This document shows positions 12,574 through 32,175 of a DNA stretch of 64,000 nt, piece by piece (position 1 is the first letter of the stretch; the number at the start of each line of letters is the position of its first letter). Source of the DNA: an uncultured Planctomycetota bacterium (GTDB lineage: Bacteria > Planctomycetota > Planctomycetia > Isosphaerales > Isosphaeraceae); NCBI GenBank assembly GCA_963823665.1, contig CAWGMQ010000007.1:160001-224000 (forward strand). The letters run 5' to 3'. The notes below the pieces were generated by a model. It had not been told where the DNA came from. It was given only the letters and a program-made list of their open reading frames with translations, and did not search any database. Position numbers and translations under genes: made by a program.

Positions 12574-13500
12574 TCAGCGGACACGACCCAGGGAACGTAC
12601 CGCGATCAGATCGCGGGCCAGATCGTCGAGCGGTGATGTGCTCGGGCTATCGTCCTGAAGTGTGCCAATCGCCATGTCGACCAGGAGGCCCGCCGAGCCG
12701 GCCGCGGACAGGACAGCCAATCCTCGGGTCGGTTGGCCGGCGGATGCGGACCCGCTCGTGGTGACGTTGTCATCGCTGCCAGTCGTGACGGACCAACCCA
12801 TGCTCGAGAGTTCGACCGTCGAGACGGCAACCGACACGCCCGACACCAGTTTCACTTTCTGGTTCAGAACCGCAGACGTGCTGGTCGTGAAGTTGGCATC
12901 TCCGCTGTAAACGGCGGTGATCGAGTTGACTCCCACGGACAGCGTCGATGTTGAAAGCGTGGCCACGCCACCGCTGAGAGTAGCCGTCTCCAGCACAGCC
13001 GAGCCATCCATGAACTTCACCCTCCCCGTCGGCGTTCCGCCCCCTGGCGCGTTCGCCTTGGTTGTAGACACCGCCGCCGCCGGCGGTCGTGTTTCCGTTG
13101 GCGATTGTCAGACCGGTGATGCGCGCGGTCACACCGGGCCCCACGAAAAAGTCGCTGAAGTTCGACAATGGCCCGCCGCCCGAGATCGTGAGCGCCGACG
13201 CAGGCCCCTCGACGAGCTCTGGCCCTGACGTTTTGAGCAGCGCCAGCGTACCGGCCAAGGTGATGGTCTGGGGCGAGGAGAAGACAGCCGGGGAGAACTG
13301 GATCTCGCTGCCGTCGACGTTGGGGTCGCTGTTGGCCAGCCCGATGACGTACGGCAACGTACCCGAGTCTCCCGAGCCCGACGTGCCGTTGCCCGTCGAG
13401 ATGCCATGGCCGGGCGACGCCCGGCAGAACAGCTTCGTCGTAGGGTTCTCCACCCATGCGGTCGAGCCGCAACCAGCGAGCCACTGCGCTGGTTCTTGAT
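12574..13500 (-). pseudogene. Collapsed giant exoprotein gene: N-terminal beta-helix start joined out of frame to a C-terminal Ig-like (Big_3-type) domain
   Basis: ORF 12770..13453 (GSGDSGTLPYVIGLAN...ITGLTIANG...GGGVYNQG) switches at ~13060 to ORF 12574..13071 (GGTPTGRVKFMDG...ITAVYSGDANFTTSTS). Confidence 0.7.
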
Positions 13501-13807
13501 CCGTCTCTTGAATTCAGCGATCTTCAGTTCCGCCAAGATGGCTCAGCACGTCCCGTGACGATTGTCTGTGACCTGCTGGAATTAGGCAAGTGCGCCCGGA
13601 AATATTTCCGCCTGGAGGAAATCAGACCTTTTCTCGCTTTGGTGTCGATCCGGCCGACCGTCGTTCTCACTTACTTTGGGGCTGAGGAAACTCACGTGCG
13701 GGAGGATCAGGCGGCGAGCTCTTTCGCCTGCCTCTCCCCGAACCTGTAATGTTGGCCGCCCGACATTGTCCGACCGGCAGCGGTTGCGTGAATGAGATAG
13801 TAATCAA

Positions 13808-14176
13808 CTACAAATGTTCACCAAAATACAAGGTATGACCTTGATTGTCCTGGATGACGATCTCCCTTGTATTCCAAGGCGTCTCGTGGACGTCTTTCAT
13901 CAATTCTACACCATTTGTCTTGAGCTCGGCAGCGAAGTCCCTGACGCCGCTCGTCACAAAGTAGAGGTGAAAGTGTTCGCCTTCCTCAACATATGCGATG
14001 GAAGGGTCTTTCTCATCCACAAGCTTCAAGTGGAAAATCTGTTCGCCCGCTCGGATGCCTGTGTAAAAATCTTGGTATTTGAACTCGACAGAGAACCCCA
14101 GCTTCTCCGTGTAGAAGCGGATGGATGAAGCCATGTCTGTCGTGCGCAACTGCGGCACGATGCCTGTGATCGCCAT
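13808..14176 (-). CDS. VOC (glyoxalase/bleomycin-resistance) family protein
   Basis: IVPQLRTTDMASSIRFYTEKLGF...ETPWNTREIVIQDNQGHTLYFGE; start ATG 14176. Confidence 0.88.
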   Translation of the reverse strand: MAITGIVPQLRTTDMASSIRFYTEKLGFSVEFKYQDFYTGIRAGEQIFHLKLVDEKDPSIAYVEEGEHFHLYFVTSGVRDFAAELKTNGVELMKDVHETPWNTREIVIQDNQGHTLYFGEHL

Positions 14177-14281
14177 GTGTTGCCCCGTAGCTGCGAATGA
14201 CATGCTTTACTCACTACAATGGGTCGAGAATACCAGAACTCTCTGTAGTTCAAAACGATCTGGCGCCTGGAGGGTGACGTC

Positions 14282-14650
14282 ATGAGCGACAAGTGGTATG
14301 CGCGGCCGGTGCTGTTCGTGGCGGACGTCGACCGATCGATCGATTTCTACGTGAAGCAGCTTGGGTTCAGCAATCAGTGGCGTTATGAGGAAGAGGGTCA
14401 GGCTCTGGTCGCTCAGGTTGAGCGAAAGGGCTGCGAGCTCATTCTCTCCTCGCAATGGCCCGACAAGGTGGGCAAAGGCCTCATGTTCATCTCGCTCGAT
14501 GTCGAAGTGCTCAATAACTTGCGTGCTGAGCTGGAAGGAAAGGGCGTGGACGTCAAAGACGGGCAGTGGGGGTACAGGCTCATGGTCATTGTTGACCCCG
14601 ACCGCAACGAGCTTTACTTTCCTTACCCCTCGGACGATAAGGCAAATTGA
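14282..14650 (+). CDS. VOC (glyoxalase/bleomycin-resistance) family protein
   Basis: RPVLFVADVDRSIDFYVKQLGF...WGYRLMVIVDPDRNELYF; GGAGG upstream. Confidence 0.88.
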   Translation: MSDKWYARPVLFVADVDRSIDFYVKQLGFSNQWRYEEEGQALVAQVERKGCELILSSQWPDKVGKGLMFISLDVEVLNNLRAELEGKGVDVKDGQWGYRLMVIVDPDRNELYFPYPSDDKAN

Positions 14651-14675
14651 ACTTACCGGCACATGTTACGGATAC

Positions 14676-24011
<9,336 letters not shown>

Positions 24012-24457
24012 GGAAGTCTCCTCTTCGGGTTGAGTGGTTGCCCTTCGATGCGGTCAGGTGCCATTGGGGTGCTTTGGCGATGCGGTTGCTGGGATCGCGG
24101 CGCGCAGGGCGGACGTCCGGCCCCGGTCTGGGACGCGTCGGTCAGTCGGCGGCGGTGGCTCTTCAGCGATGAATCTTCAAAGATTAATCAGATCGTATGG
24201 GCTGGTACTGTCATGGAAGATCTCTCGATCTCCCGGAAGGAGCGCAGCACGTCCTCGGCCGTTGCGAGCGGTTGCATGACGAGTCTCCCGTGGGTTGACC
24301 GGCCCGGCCGGTCAGTAGTCGGTCGGCGACGGAGGCGGCCATCGCGGCCCGGCGCCTCGCCTCTAAGGTAAGACCTGCGCGAATGGGGCCGGGCGTGCCG
24401 AGAATTCCCAAAAAAGTCCAGGCGTGCTCCAGTCGGGCTCGGCCAGAGCCGGGGATC

Positions 24458-24480
24458 GGCGGGCGGAGCCCGCCTCCTAC
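24458..24480 (-). repeat. GTAG-headed REP-like hairpin (possibly also a terminator)
   Basis: Minus strand GTAG-GA-GGCGGGC-TCC-GCCCGCC, about 55 nt downstream of the kinase stop. Confidence 0.4.
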
Positions 24481-24534
24481 AGGACCGATGCACCGGCCGC
24501 CGGACCTGCCCGGTCGGGGGGACGGTGCGCTCAC

Positions 24535-27500
24535 CTACAAAGGACCGAATGGGCTGGCTGGGAACACGAGGTCCTGCAACAGCGCCTCGGCCTCGTCGAC
24601 GCCCAGGCCCCGGATGGTCACCATCGCCTCGACGGCCACATCCCGGGTCGCCTCCTCCGCCAGGCCGCTCCCCAGCCGCTCGAGGGCGCGGTCGCAATCG
24701 CTTCGCGCCTCATCAAGGCGGCCCAGGTGATGGCAGGCCAGGGCCAGCAGGAAACCATCGAGGGCCGAGGCATCGGGCCGCGCGGCGGCCCGGGACAGGA
24801 TGGCGGCGGCCGAGGCCCAGTCGCCGATCAAGAGGTAGGCCGCCGCGAGCCGCGTCAGGCCATTCCGCTTCTCGTCGGCCTTGATGCTCCTCAATCGCGG
24901 TTCGAACAGCGGGAACGGCCGGTCGTCACCGACAGGCGAAACCGGCCAGGTGTGCTTCGTGCGTACTTCAGCCGGGAGGCCAGCTCCACCCGCAACCTCA
25001 TGCCGGCACCGGTGCCGATCGGTCGGGCGGTCTGAAAGACGGCCCAATGAGGCCGGCCCACCTGCGGCCAGATCGACCAGGCGGTATTCGGATCGGTGTC
25101 GAGGGAACCGCCTGCCACCCTTGGGGGCGTACATTGGCTCCGAAAAATCGGCGCACGGCCCGGGACAGGCGGACCGGGACCGCGGCCGACTGCCCGGAGA
25201 CGGTGTACAGTCGGATCGAGTCCAGGTGGAAGTTGCCTCCGTTGTCCCGCCCCGGCCCCCGGTGCGGGAGGCTCGGGTCGGGGATCGCCTCGAGCCGCAA
25301 TCCCGTGATCCCTGACAGACCGGTCATGGCCTCGACCGTGTATGTGTCGACGGCCGGGTTCGGCCCGCCGGCCAGGACCGAGTCGTCGGGCAGCCGGGTC
25401 AGTGTGGTGCCGGCGGCGGAGGTCATCGCGTCGGGCCGGAGGACGGTCCAGCCCGCCCTTGCCTCGGCCTCCGGGAGCAGCTCGGCCAGGGCCGCGGCGG
25501 CCGCTCTCGTCGTCGGGCGCGCTGGAGAGCCGTCGTTCGAAGAGGGACCGGGCCCTCGCACGGACTGTCGCCGACCCCTCCGGCCAGCCGAGGCGCCCGA
25601 GCAACCGGCTGAGGTCGATCCATCGCCCGGGGTCGTCGGGCAGGGCCTCCATGGCCCGGCTCATGGCCGCCTGCGCCCTGGCGAGTCGCCGCGGCGATAC
25701 AGGGAGACGGCGTGCTCGATCCAGGGGGACGCGTCCCCACCCGGAATCGCGGCGGCCCGCGCGGCGGCGGCAAGGGCGCCGGCGGCGTCGCCCGCCTCGG
25801 CCAGGGCGCGGCTGCGGCGCAGCCAGCCGGCGAGATCGCCGGCCCCGGGCTCGGCCGCCAGATCCGACCCGGGTCCGAGGTCCCAGAGGTTCAGTAATGA
25901 CAGGAATTGGCCGGCGATCCGGGAACCGTCGGGGCTGAAGGCCATCCGTGGGGTGTAACCGCCCCCGCCGATGGGCGGACCGAAGCCGCGGAGCACCAGC
26001 ATCTCCTCGCCGGTCCGGGCGTCGGCGAGGTGGACGTTGCCGTCGTACCCCAGCGCCGCCAGCCGCTTCCCGTCCGGGGTGAACCGCGACGCAACTGACT
26101 TGCTTCGGCCCCGGCTTCGTGATCAAGGTGCCTGCGGCGAGGTCCCAGAGGTGGACCTTCATCCCCTCGTAATCCGCGACGGCGAGCCGGACTCCATCCG
26201 GGTGGAACGCCAGGGACTTGACGCGGCCGACGCGGTCCAGCGTCCCGAGCACGGCCCCCGTCTCCGCGTCCCAGGCGGTGACCCAGCCCGGGGCTCCCCG
26301 CTTGCCCCCACCGGCCGCGAGCCTGCGGCCGTCGCCGCTGAAGGCGAGGGCCTCGAGCCGGGGTCGGCCCCGCCTCGAAGGTTCGGATCGCCCGGCTCGA
26401 GGCGAGGTGCCAGAGGGTCACGACCGGACGGCCCCGTCGGCCCGCCCTCCGCCGCGGTCGCCAGCGACCGGCCGTCGGGGCCGAATGCGACGGCCGTGAC
26501 CGGCCCGGTCGATCCACGCAGCGTGGCGACCGTGCGCCCGAGGACGACGTCCCAGACCCCGACGACCGTCGGGTCCTGTCGCGTCGGCGCCGCAAGCCGC
26601 GTGCCGTCGGGACTGAAGGCGAAGTCCCCGCGGGGCCAGTCGCGGGAGTTCGTCACCGGGAGCGACGGCTCGTATTCCACGGTGCCATCGACCGGTCGGC
26701 GGAGGCCAGGAGACCGTCCGCGAGCCAGTCGCACCCGAGGACCCGGAGGCCATCGCGATCGAACGTCAGGGCACCGATCTGGGCGGGCCAGCCCGGAATG
26801 CCCCGGCCGCGCGGGTCGCGGTCCGGGTCGAAGGACCTTGATTCCCCCCATCCCCCAGCCGGCGGCGTCGAGCCGGCGGCCGTCGGGGCTGAAGCTCAGG
26901 CCGCTGACGTTCATCAACCCGGTGAACAGGGCGGCGCGCTCCCGGCCATCCGCCGCGTCGAACACCCGCACGATCCCTTCCATCCCGCCCGTCGCCAGCC
27001 GGCTGCCGTCGCGGCTGAAGGCGATCGATGTCAGGTCCGCGACGTGCTCGACCCGGAACACCCTCTCCCCGCTCGTCGTGTCCCAGACGCAGAGCCACCA
27101 GCCGAGTGAGTCGCTGCTGGAATCCCACAGGTGGCGGCCAGCCGGCGGCCGTCGGGCGACCAGCAGAGCGAGTGGACGCTACCCGGTTGCCTGAGGACAG
27201 GCTCGAGCAGCCGCTCCGCCCGCGGCCTCCCAGGGGCGGACCTCCAGCCCGGCGTCACCGACCAAGGCCGAGGCGATCCGGGTGCCGTCCGGGCTCCAGG
27301 CCACCGATCGGGCATTCTGCGTCGATCCGGGCCGTCTCACGCCCGGTCTCGGGATCCCAGATCCGGAGGAGGCCTTCCTCCGCAACGCTCGCGAGCCGCC
27401 GGCCGTCCGGGCTCCAGCTCAGCCCCCCGCCGCGCTGCGCCAATTCGAGGCCCAGGCTGATCGTCCTGAGCTTCCTGCCCGCTGCCGGTGTCCCAGACCC

Positions 27501-29462
27501 GGATCGTCCCCTCTTCGCCGAAGGTCGCCAGGCGTCTCCCGTCGGGCCGGAAGGCGACGGTCAAAACGAACCGCAGGTGACCGTTCAGCTCGTGCCGGAC
27601 CCGGCCCTCAGGCAGGCTGATCAGGTAGGCCGGGACGGGCGGGTACTCGCCGCGGCTCAAGCTGAAGGGGGAGGAGCAGCCGACCGCCAGCAGCCGGCCG
27701 TCGGGGCTGACGGCGACGGCTTGCGTGGCGGGTGACGATGGGCAGCGGCAGGGTCCTGAGCTCGGGGTTACACCACTGGTCGAGGTAGGACCACTCCCAG
27801 CCGCGGCGGTCCGGCTCGCCCGGCCCCGGGCGGCACAGGTCCAGCAGGCCGCGGGCCGTGGCGAAGGTCGAACAGGCGGAGGGCGCCGTCGGCCTGGCCG
27901 ATCCGGGCGATGTAGAGGTTCTGCTCGGCCCGCTCGCGCTGCGGCCTCCGCCTGTGAGCTTCTCGCCGCTCGTTCACCCCGGCGAGGGCCACTCATCCGC
28001 CGGGCGACGAGCAGCGAGGAGATCGTCGCCACGAGCAGGACCACCGTCAGCACTCCCCCCGAGGACCGCGATCACCGGGTTGCGCCGGGCCCAGCGGAGC
28101 GTACCGCTCCGGCGCCGCCGACCCGCCGCGCCAGGATCGGCTCGTCGTCGAGGAACCGCCGCAGGTCCTCGCCCATCGCCTCGGCCGTCGCGTAGCGGTC
28201 ACCCGCGTCCTTCTCGATCGCCTTGAGGACGATCGTCTCCAGGTCGCGGGGGATCCGCGGGTCGATCGACCGCGGCCGGGGCGGCTCGACGCTCTTGATC
28301 TGCTCGGAGAGCGCCAGGCGATCGGGCGAGTCGAACGCCGGCCGCAGGGTCAGCAGCTCGTAGAGGGTCAGCCCCAGCGAGTAGACGTCGGCCCGGGCGT
28401 CGCCCTGGCCGCGGAACCGCTCCGGTGCCATGTAGCGGAGCGTACCCAGGACGTCGCCGGTCCTGGTCAGGTCCTCGTCGTCGACCTTGGCCAGGCCGAA
28501 GTCGCTGACCCAGACGACGCCCTCGGTGTCGAGCAGGAGGTTCGACGGCTTGATGTCGCGGTGGAGGATGCCGCGGGCGTGGGCGTACGCCAGGGCCGAG
28601 GCGACCTGTCGGCCGATTTGCGCCACCCCGCGATGGAACGCCCGGTGCCGCGATTCGACCGCCGAGAGCTGTGCCCCGCCCGGCATCACGGCCGACGTGT
28701 CCGGGACGGCCGTGGGGGCCGACCCGGCCGGGGCCGGTTCGTCGGAGGCGCTCGGGGCCTCGCCGCCGGCCGCCGACCGCGCCGGGCCCGGATCGAACTG
28801 GCCGGTCAGCAGGGATCGGGCCACCCCCAGCTCTCCGGCGAGCCCGCGCGTGCCCGAGTCGTCCGGCCGGGTCTCCTTCGTGGCCGCCCGGGGTCGGCCG
28901 CCGGCTGCGCCCTCGCAGGGATCGGCCCCGCAGCCGCCGTAGCTCGTCGATGACCGCGTCCAGGCTCTGGCCCTGGATGAACTGCATCGCGTAGTAGCTG
29001 GACGTCGCCCTCCTGGCCGATCTCGAAGACCGGCACGATGTTGGTGTGGTGCAGCCGGGCCGAGGCGCGGGCCTCGCGGCGGAACCGCTCCAGGGCGTGC
29101 GGTCCCGACCAGCCTGCCAGGGCAGCACCTTCAGGGCCACGCGGCGGCCGAGCGAGACCTGCTCGGCCTCGTAGACCACCCCCATGCCCCCGTGGCCGAT
29201 CTCGCGGATGATCCGGTAGTCGCCGACCTGCGACAGCGGCCGGGTCCGGCGCCTCCGCCTCTCGCAGTCCTGGACAGATCTCCTCGACCTGCTCGACCGT
29301 GACCAGCGCCGGGAAGAGCTCGCGGATCTCGTCGGCCAGCTCGGGGTACCGCTCGGCATACTCCTTCGGACCGTGGGCCGCTCGCCGCGGCGGCAGTCGG
29401 TCGGCGAACTCGTCGGCGAGTCGATCGAGCAGGTCGTAGTCCTTCGAGTCGTCGATCGACAT
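24535..29462 (-). CDS. Membrane Ser/Thr kinase with WD40 repeats, TPR-like helices and a C-terminal beta-domain; many frameshifts (sequencing error or pseudogene)
   Basis: Fragments in order: MSIDD...LLDRLADEF...YAERYPELADEIRELFPAL; GHGGMGVVYEA, VALK; HHTNIVPVF; HRDIKPSN, DFG, GTLRYMAPE; TM VVLLVATISSLLV; repeated (F/W)SPDGRRLA...IRVWD; stop at 24535. Confidence 0.85.
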
Positions 29463-29466
29463 GGAT

Positions 29467-30108
29467 CTAAAAACCTTGCAGGTCGCCTGGCCTCGTCGCC
29501 AGGATCGGCTTGAGCCGCCTCGAGGGCCCGGATGTACCGCTTCGCCACGGCTTCCTCGGTGATCCCCAGGATCTGCGCCGTCTCGGCCCGGCTGAGCTGC
29601 TCGAAGTGTCGCAGCGCCACGACTTCGCGGTCAAGGGGGTCCAGCGCGTTGAGGGCCTCCTGGACCCGGAGTACCATGCTCGGCCCGCACCGCCGCCTCG
29701 GAGGGCGAGGTGAGGTGGCCCAGCAGCATCGAGGCCAGGGCGGCCGAGCTGGCCTGGGGCAAGCGGATCGCGGTAGAGCGAGACCTCCTGGCCGACGTCG
29801 CGCATCTTGGTGCCCAGGTGGCGGCGGTGGGCGATGGCCAGCCGCTCGGCCACGACCAGCCGCAGCCAGAGGAATGGCGGCAGCTCGGGGCGCCGGAGGT
29901 AGCCGTCCAGGCGGGCGGCGGCGTCGAGGAACGCGTCCTGGAGCACGTCGGAGGCGTCGAGCCGGCCCTGGATCCGAGCGTCCATGCGCAGCTCGACCAT
30001 CCGGTGGAGGCGATCCCGGTGGCGCTGGAACAGGTCCGTGAGCGCCTGGCGGTCGCCGGCGCGCAGCCTCTCGACGAGTTGCCCGGTGTCGGTCGAGTCG
30101 GATGGCAT
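29467..30108 (-). CDS. ECF-type sigma-70 factor (Planctomycete-specific, kinase-associated); frameshifted in the 3' half
   Basis: GGAGGT then ATG 30108; GDRQALTDLFQRHRDRLHRMVELRMD...DASDVLQDAF; sigma4 LDPLDREVVALRHFEQLSRAETAQILGITEEAVAKRYIRAL in another frame; ends 4 nt before the kinase start. Confidence 0.88.
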   Translation of the reverse strand: MPSDSTDTGQLVERLRAGDRQALTDLFQRHRDRLHRMVELRMDARIQGRLDASDVLQDAFLDAAARLDGYLRRPELPPFLWLRLVVAERLAIAHRRHLGTKMRDVGQEVSLYRDPLAPGQLGRPGLDAAGPPHLALRGGGAGRAWYSGSRRPSTRWTPLTAKSWRCDTSSSSAGPRRRRSWGSPRKPWRSGTSGPSRRLKPILATRPGDLQGF

Positions 30109-30165
30109 GTTGAGACCTCCCTCTATCATCTTACCTGCGCACCGGCGGGGGACTGGGACAGTCAT

Positions 30166-30268
30166 TGCCCGCTTCGCGCGCTACTTCAAATCGTTGCCGG
30201 AGCACCTCAGTCCGGAAGACGTCCGCGCCGACCTCGTTCACCTCGTGCAGGATTGGGCTTCGTGGTCG
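30166..30268 (+). mobile_element. Relic of a tyrosine-recombinase N-terminal SAM-like domain (copy 1)
   Basis: Translates ARFARYFKSLPEHLSPEDVRADLVHLVQDWASWS, matching the recalled pattern xRFARxFxxSPxxLxPEDVRxYxxHL of integrase N-termini; no start or catalytic domain. Confidence 0.6.
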
Positions 30269-30568
30269 TTGCCTCCGTGGCGGTCGGCAGGCTGCTGGTG
30301 CTGGCGCGCTTGGCCGAAGCCCTCCGGGCGTTTGACTCACACTGCGTGACTGTCGACCTGGGGACTCTGCGGAATAAACGAAGGAATTGGAATCCAGCGA
30401 CTTTGAGGAAACTCGGATAAAGTCGGAACGCGCTTTCGGTCGAAAAAATCATGTGCTCACCTGGTCGCAGCGACTGCGCGTCGATGGGTTCCGGGCGAGA
30501 GCATACATGCGGGTGTCCCGCCTGCAAGTAGCCGGGATGCTCTTGATTCGTACGCTGGGGGTCGACCG

Positions 30569-31699
30569 ATGGCAGGGAGCCATATTCGCTGCCTGCGAGG
30601 CGTCTCGTTCGCGGCAGTACTCGCCCTGTCCTTATATCTGTTAGTCCCACCTGCTTTGGCGCAAAACCCGTCGCCACCGGTACCACCGACAGGAATACCG
30701 GACCAGAATCTCTTCGATGAATTCGGTTCTGAATTATCCACGCCGGATCCGAACGCCGGCCTGATGACCGTTCCCCAGCCGTTGTACTACCCCGTCCCTG
30801 GCGCAGGACCGACGGCACCCCGGGTCGTACAGGGGATCTTCGGAACGATCACCGAGTCGATCTTCGGCCAGCCCGATCCGGACGACTGGCGTTCCCTGCC
30901 GCTCTCGACGCTCTTCAGCGAGGGTTGGAACGAAGCTTGGGTACCGTCCCCCAACGGTTCCGGCGGCGCACCGCGACAGGGCTGGATCAATGCCGCGGAC
31001 GCCAACCTGTACCGGCTGTGGTTCTTCACGTTCGCCCAGACGTTCAACCAGGGCCCGAAGGGCAACGCCTACCTCGGTGCCTACACCCTCTTGACGCCGC
31101 TGAGCCGTCGCCTGGAACTGATCACGAACATCCCCTTCGTCGTCCGTAACAGCGCTTCCAGCGGGCAACCCATCATCTCCCCGTCCGGGCTGACGATACC
31201 CACGACGAAGGACCAAACGACATTCGGCGATATTTCGTTCACGCCCCGCGTCTTGCTGCACGAGACGAGAGACTTCTCGCTCACGGCCGAGGTCGTGGCG
31301 CTGGTCCCGACCGGTAACCAGCCCCTGGCGGGGAAAACCGACCTGACCCCCGCCGTCGCCTTCTGGAACAATTTCGCGGGCCGGTGGGTGATTCGAGGCA
31401 GGATCGGTGACTACATCCCGCTCGGTGGCGGTGGGTCTGACACTCTGATCAGCGAGCTCGCCATCGGTCAGACCTTGACCGATCACGACGTGCCGCTGTT
31501 CGGCGACTTCACCTGGTACGTCTCAACGGTGGTGAACTCCCCCCTTCGCGATGGTAAACATACCGGCGTGACGCTGACCCCCGGTATGCGTACGCACCTG
31601 GGCCGCGACTGGTATTTCCTGGCCGGTCTGCCGACACCGTTGACCACTCAGCGAGTCGGCGACATCGGTATGATCTTCTGGTTCATGAAAGCGTGGTGA
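30569..31699 (+). CDS. Secreted, putative outer-membrane beta-barrel protein (copy 1)
   Basis: Signal peptide ending ...PPALAQ; Pro-rich linker; amphipathic strands (FGDISFTPRVLL, TLTPGMRTHLG); aromatic C-terminus IFWFMKAW. Confidence 0.7.
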   Translation: MAGSHIRCLRGVSFAAVLALSLYLLVPPALAQNPSPPVPPTGIPDQNLFDEFGSELSTPDPNAGLMTVPQPLYYPVPGAGPTAPRVVQGIFGTITESIFGQPDPDDWRSLPLSTLFSEGWNEAWVPSPNGSGGAPRQGWINAADANLYRLWFFTFAQTFNQGPKGNAYLGAYTLLTPLSRRLELITNIPFVVRNSASSGQPIISPSGLTIPTTKDQTTFGDISFTPRVLLHETRDFSLTAEVVALVPTGNQPLAGKTDLTPAVAFWNNFAGRWVIRGRIGDYIPLGGGGSDTLISELAIGQTLTDHDVPLFGDFTWYVSTVVNSPLRDGKHTGVTLTPGMRTHLGRDWYFLAGLPTPLTTQRVGDIGMIFWFMKAW

Positions 31700-31714
31700 C
31701 CGGAGCACACGTCC

Positions 31715-31757
31715 TGGTCACCGCGATGGACTTGCGGAATTGGCCAATGCTGAAGGC
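31715..31757. repeat. 43-bp direct repeat of 37173-37215 (3' end of the ABC permease gene); att-like
   Basis: tggtcaccgcgatggacttgcggaa(t/c)tggccaatgctgaaggc, 42/43 identical. Confidence 0.9.
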
Positions 31758-31765
31758 AATGCAAT

Positions 31766-31860
31766 GCCCGCTTCGCACGCGACTTCAAATCGTCGCCGGA
31801 GCACCTCAGCCTCGAAGACGTCTGCACCTACCTCGTTCACTTCGCCGAAGATTCGACTTC
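31766..31860 (+). mobile_element. Relic of a tyrosine-recombinase N-terminal SAM-like domain (copy 2)
   Basis: Translates ARFARDFKSSPEHLSLEDVCTYLVHF; homologous to 30166-30268. Confidence 0.55.
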
Positions 31861-32175
31861 TTGTTGCCTCCCCGGCTGCCACCCCGGCGGTCGACAGGCT
31901 GCTGCTCCCGGCGGGCTTGGCCGAAGCCCTCGGAGCATTTGACTGACACTTCGCGAATGTGAACCTGCGGGATTCTGCGGAACAAACGAAGGAATTGGAA
32001 TTTAGCGACTTTGAGGAAACTCGGATAAAGGCGGAACGAGCTTTCGGTCGAAAAGATCATGTGCTCACCTGGTCGCACCGACTGCTCGTCGATGAGTCTG
32101 GGGCGAAAGCATAGATGCGGGTGTCCCGCCTGCACTCGCCAGGACGCTCATGATTCGTACGCTGGGGGTCGACTG

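Noticed and set aside
28199..29677. Apparent sigma4-kinase fusion ORF
   Set aside because: A mosaic of frames in a heavily frameshifted block; the ECF stop (29467) and kinase start (29462) are separate.
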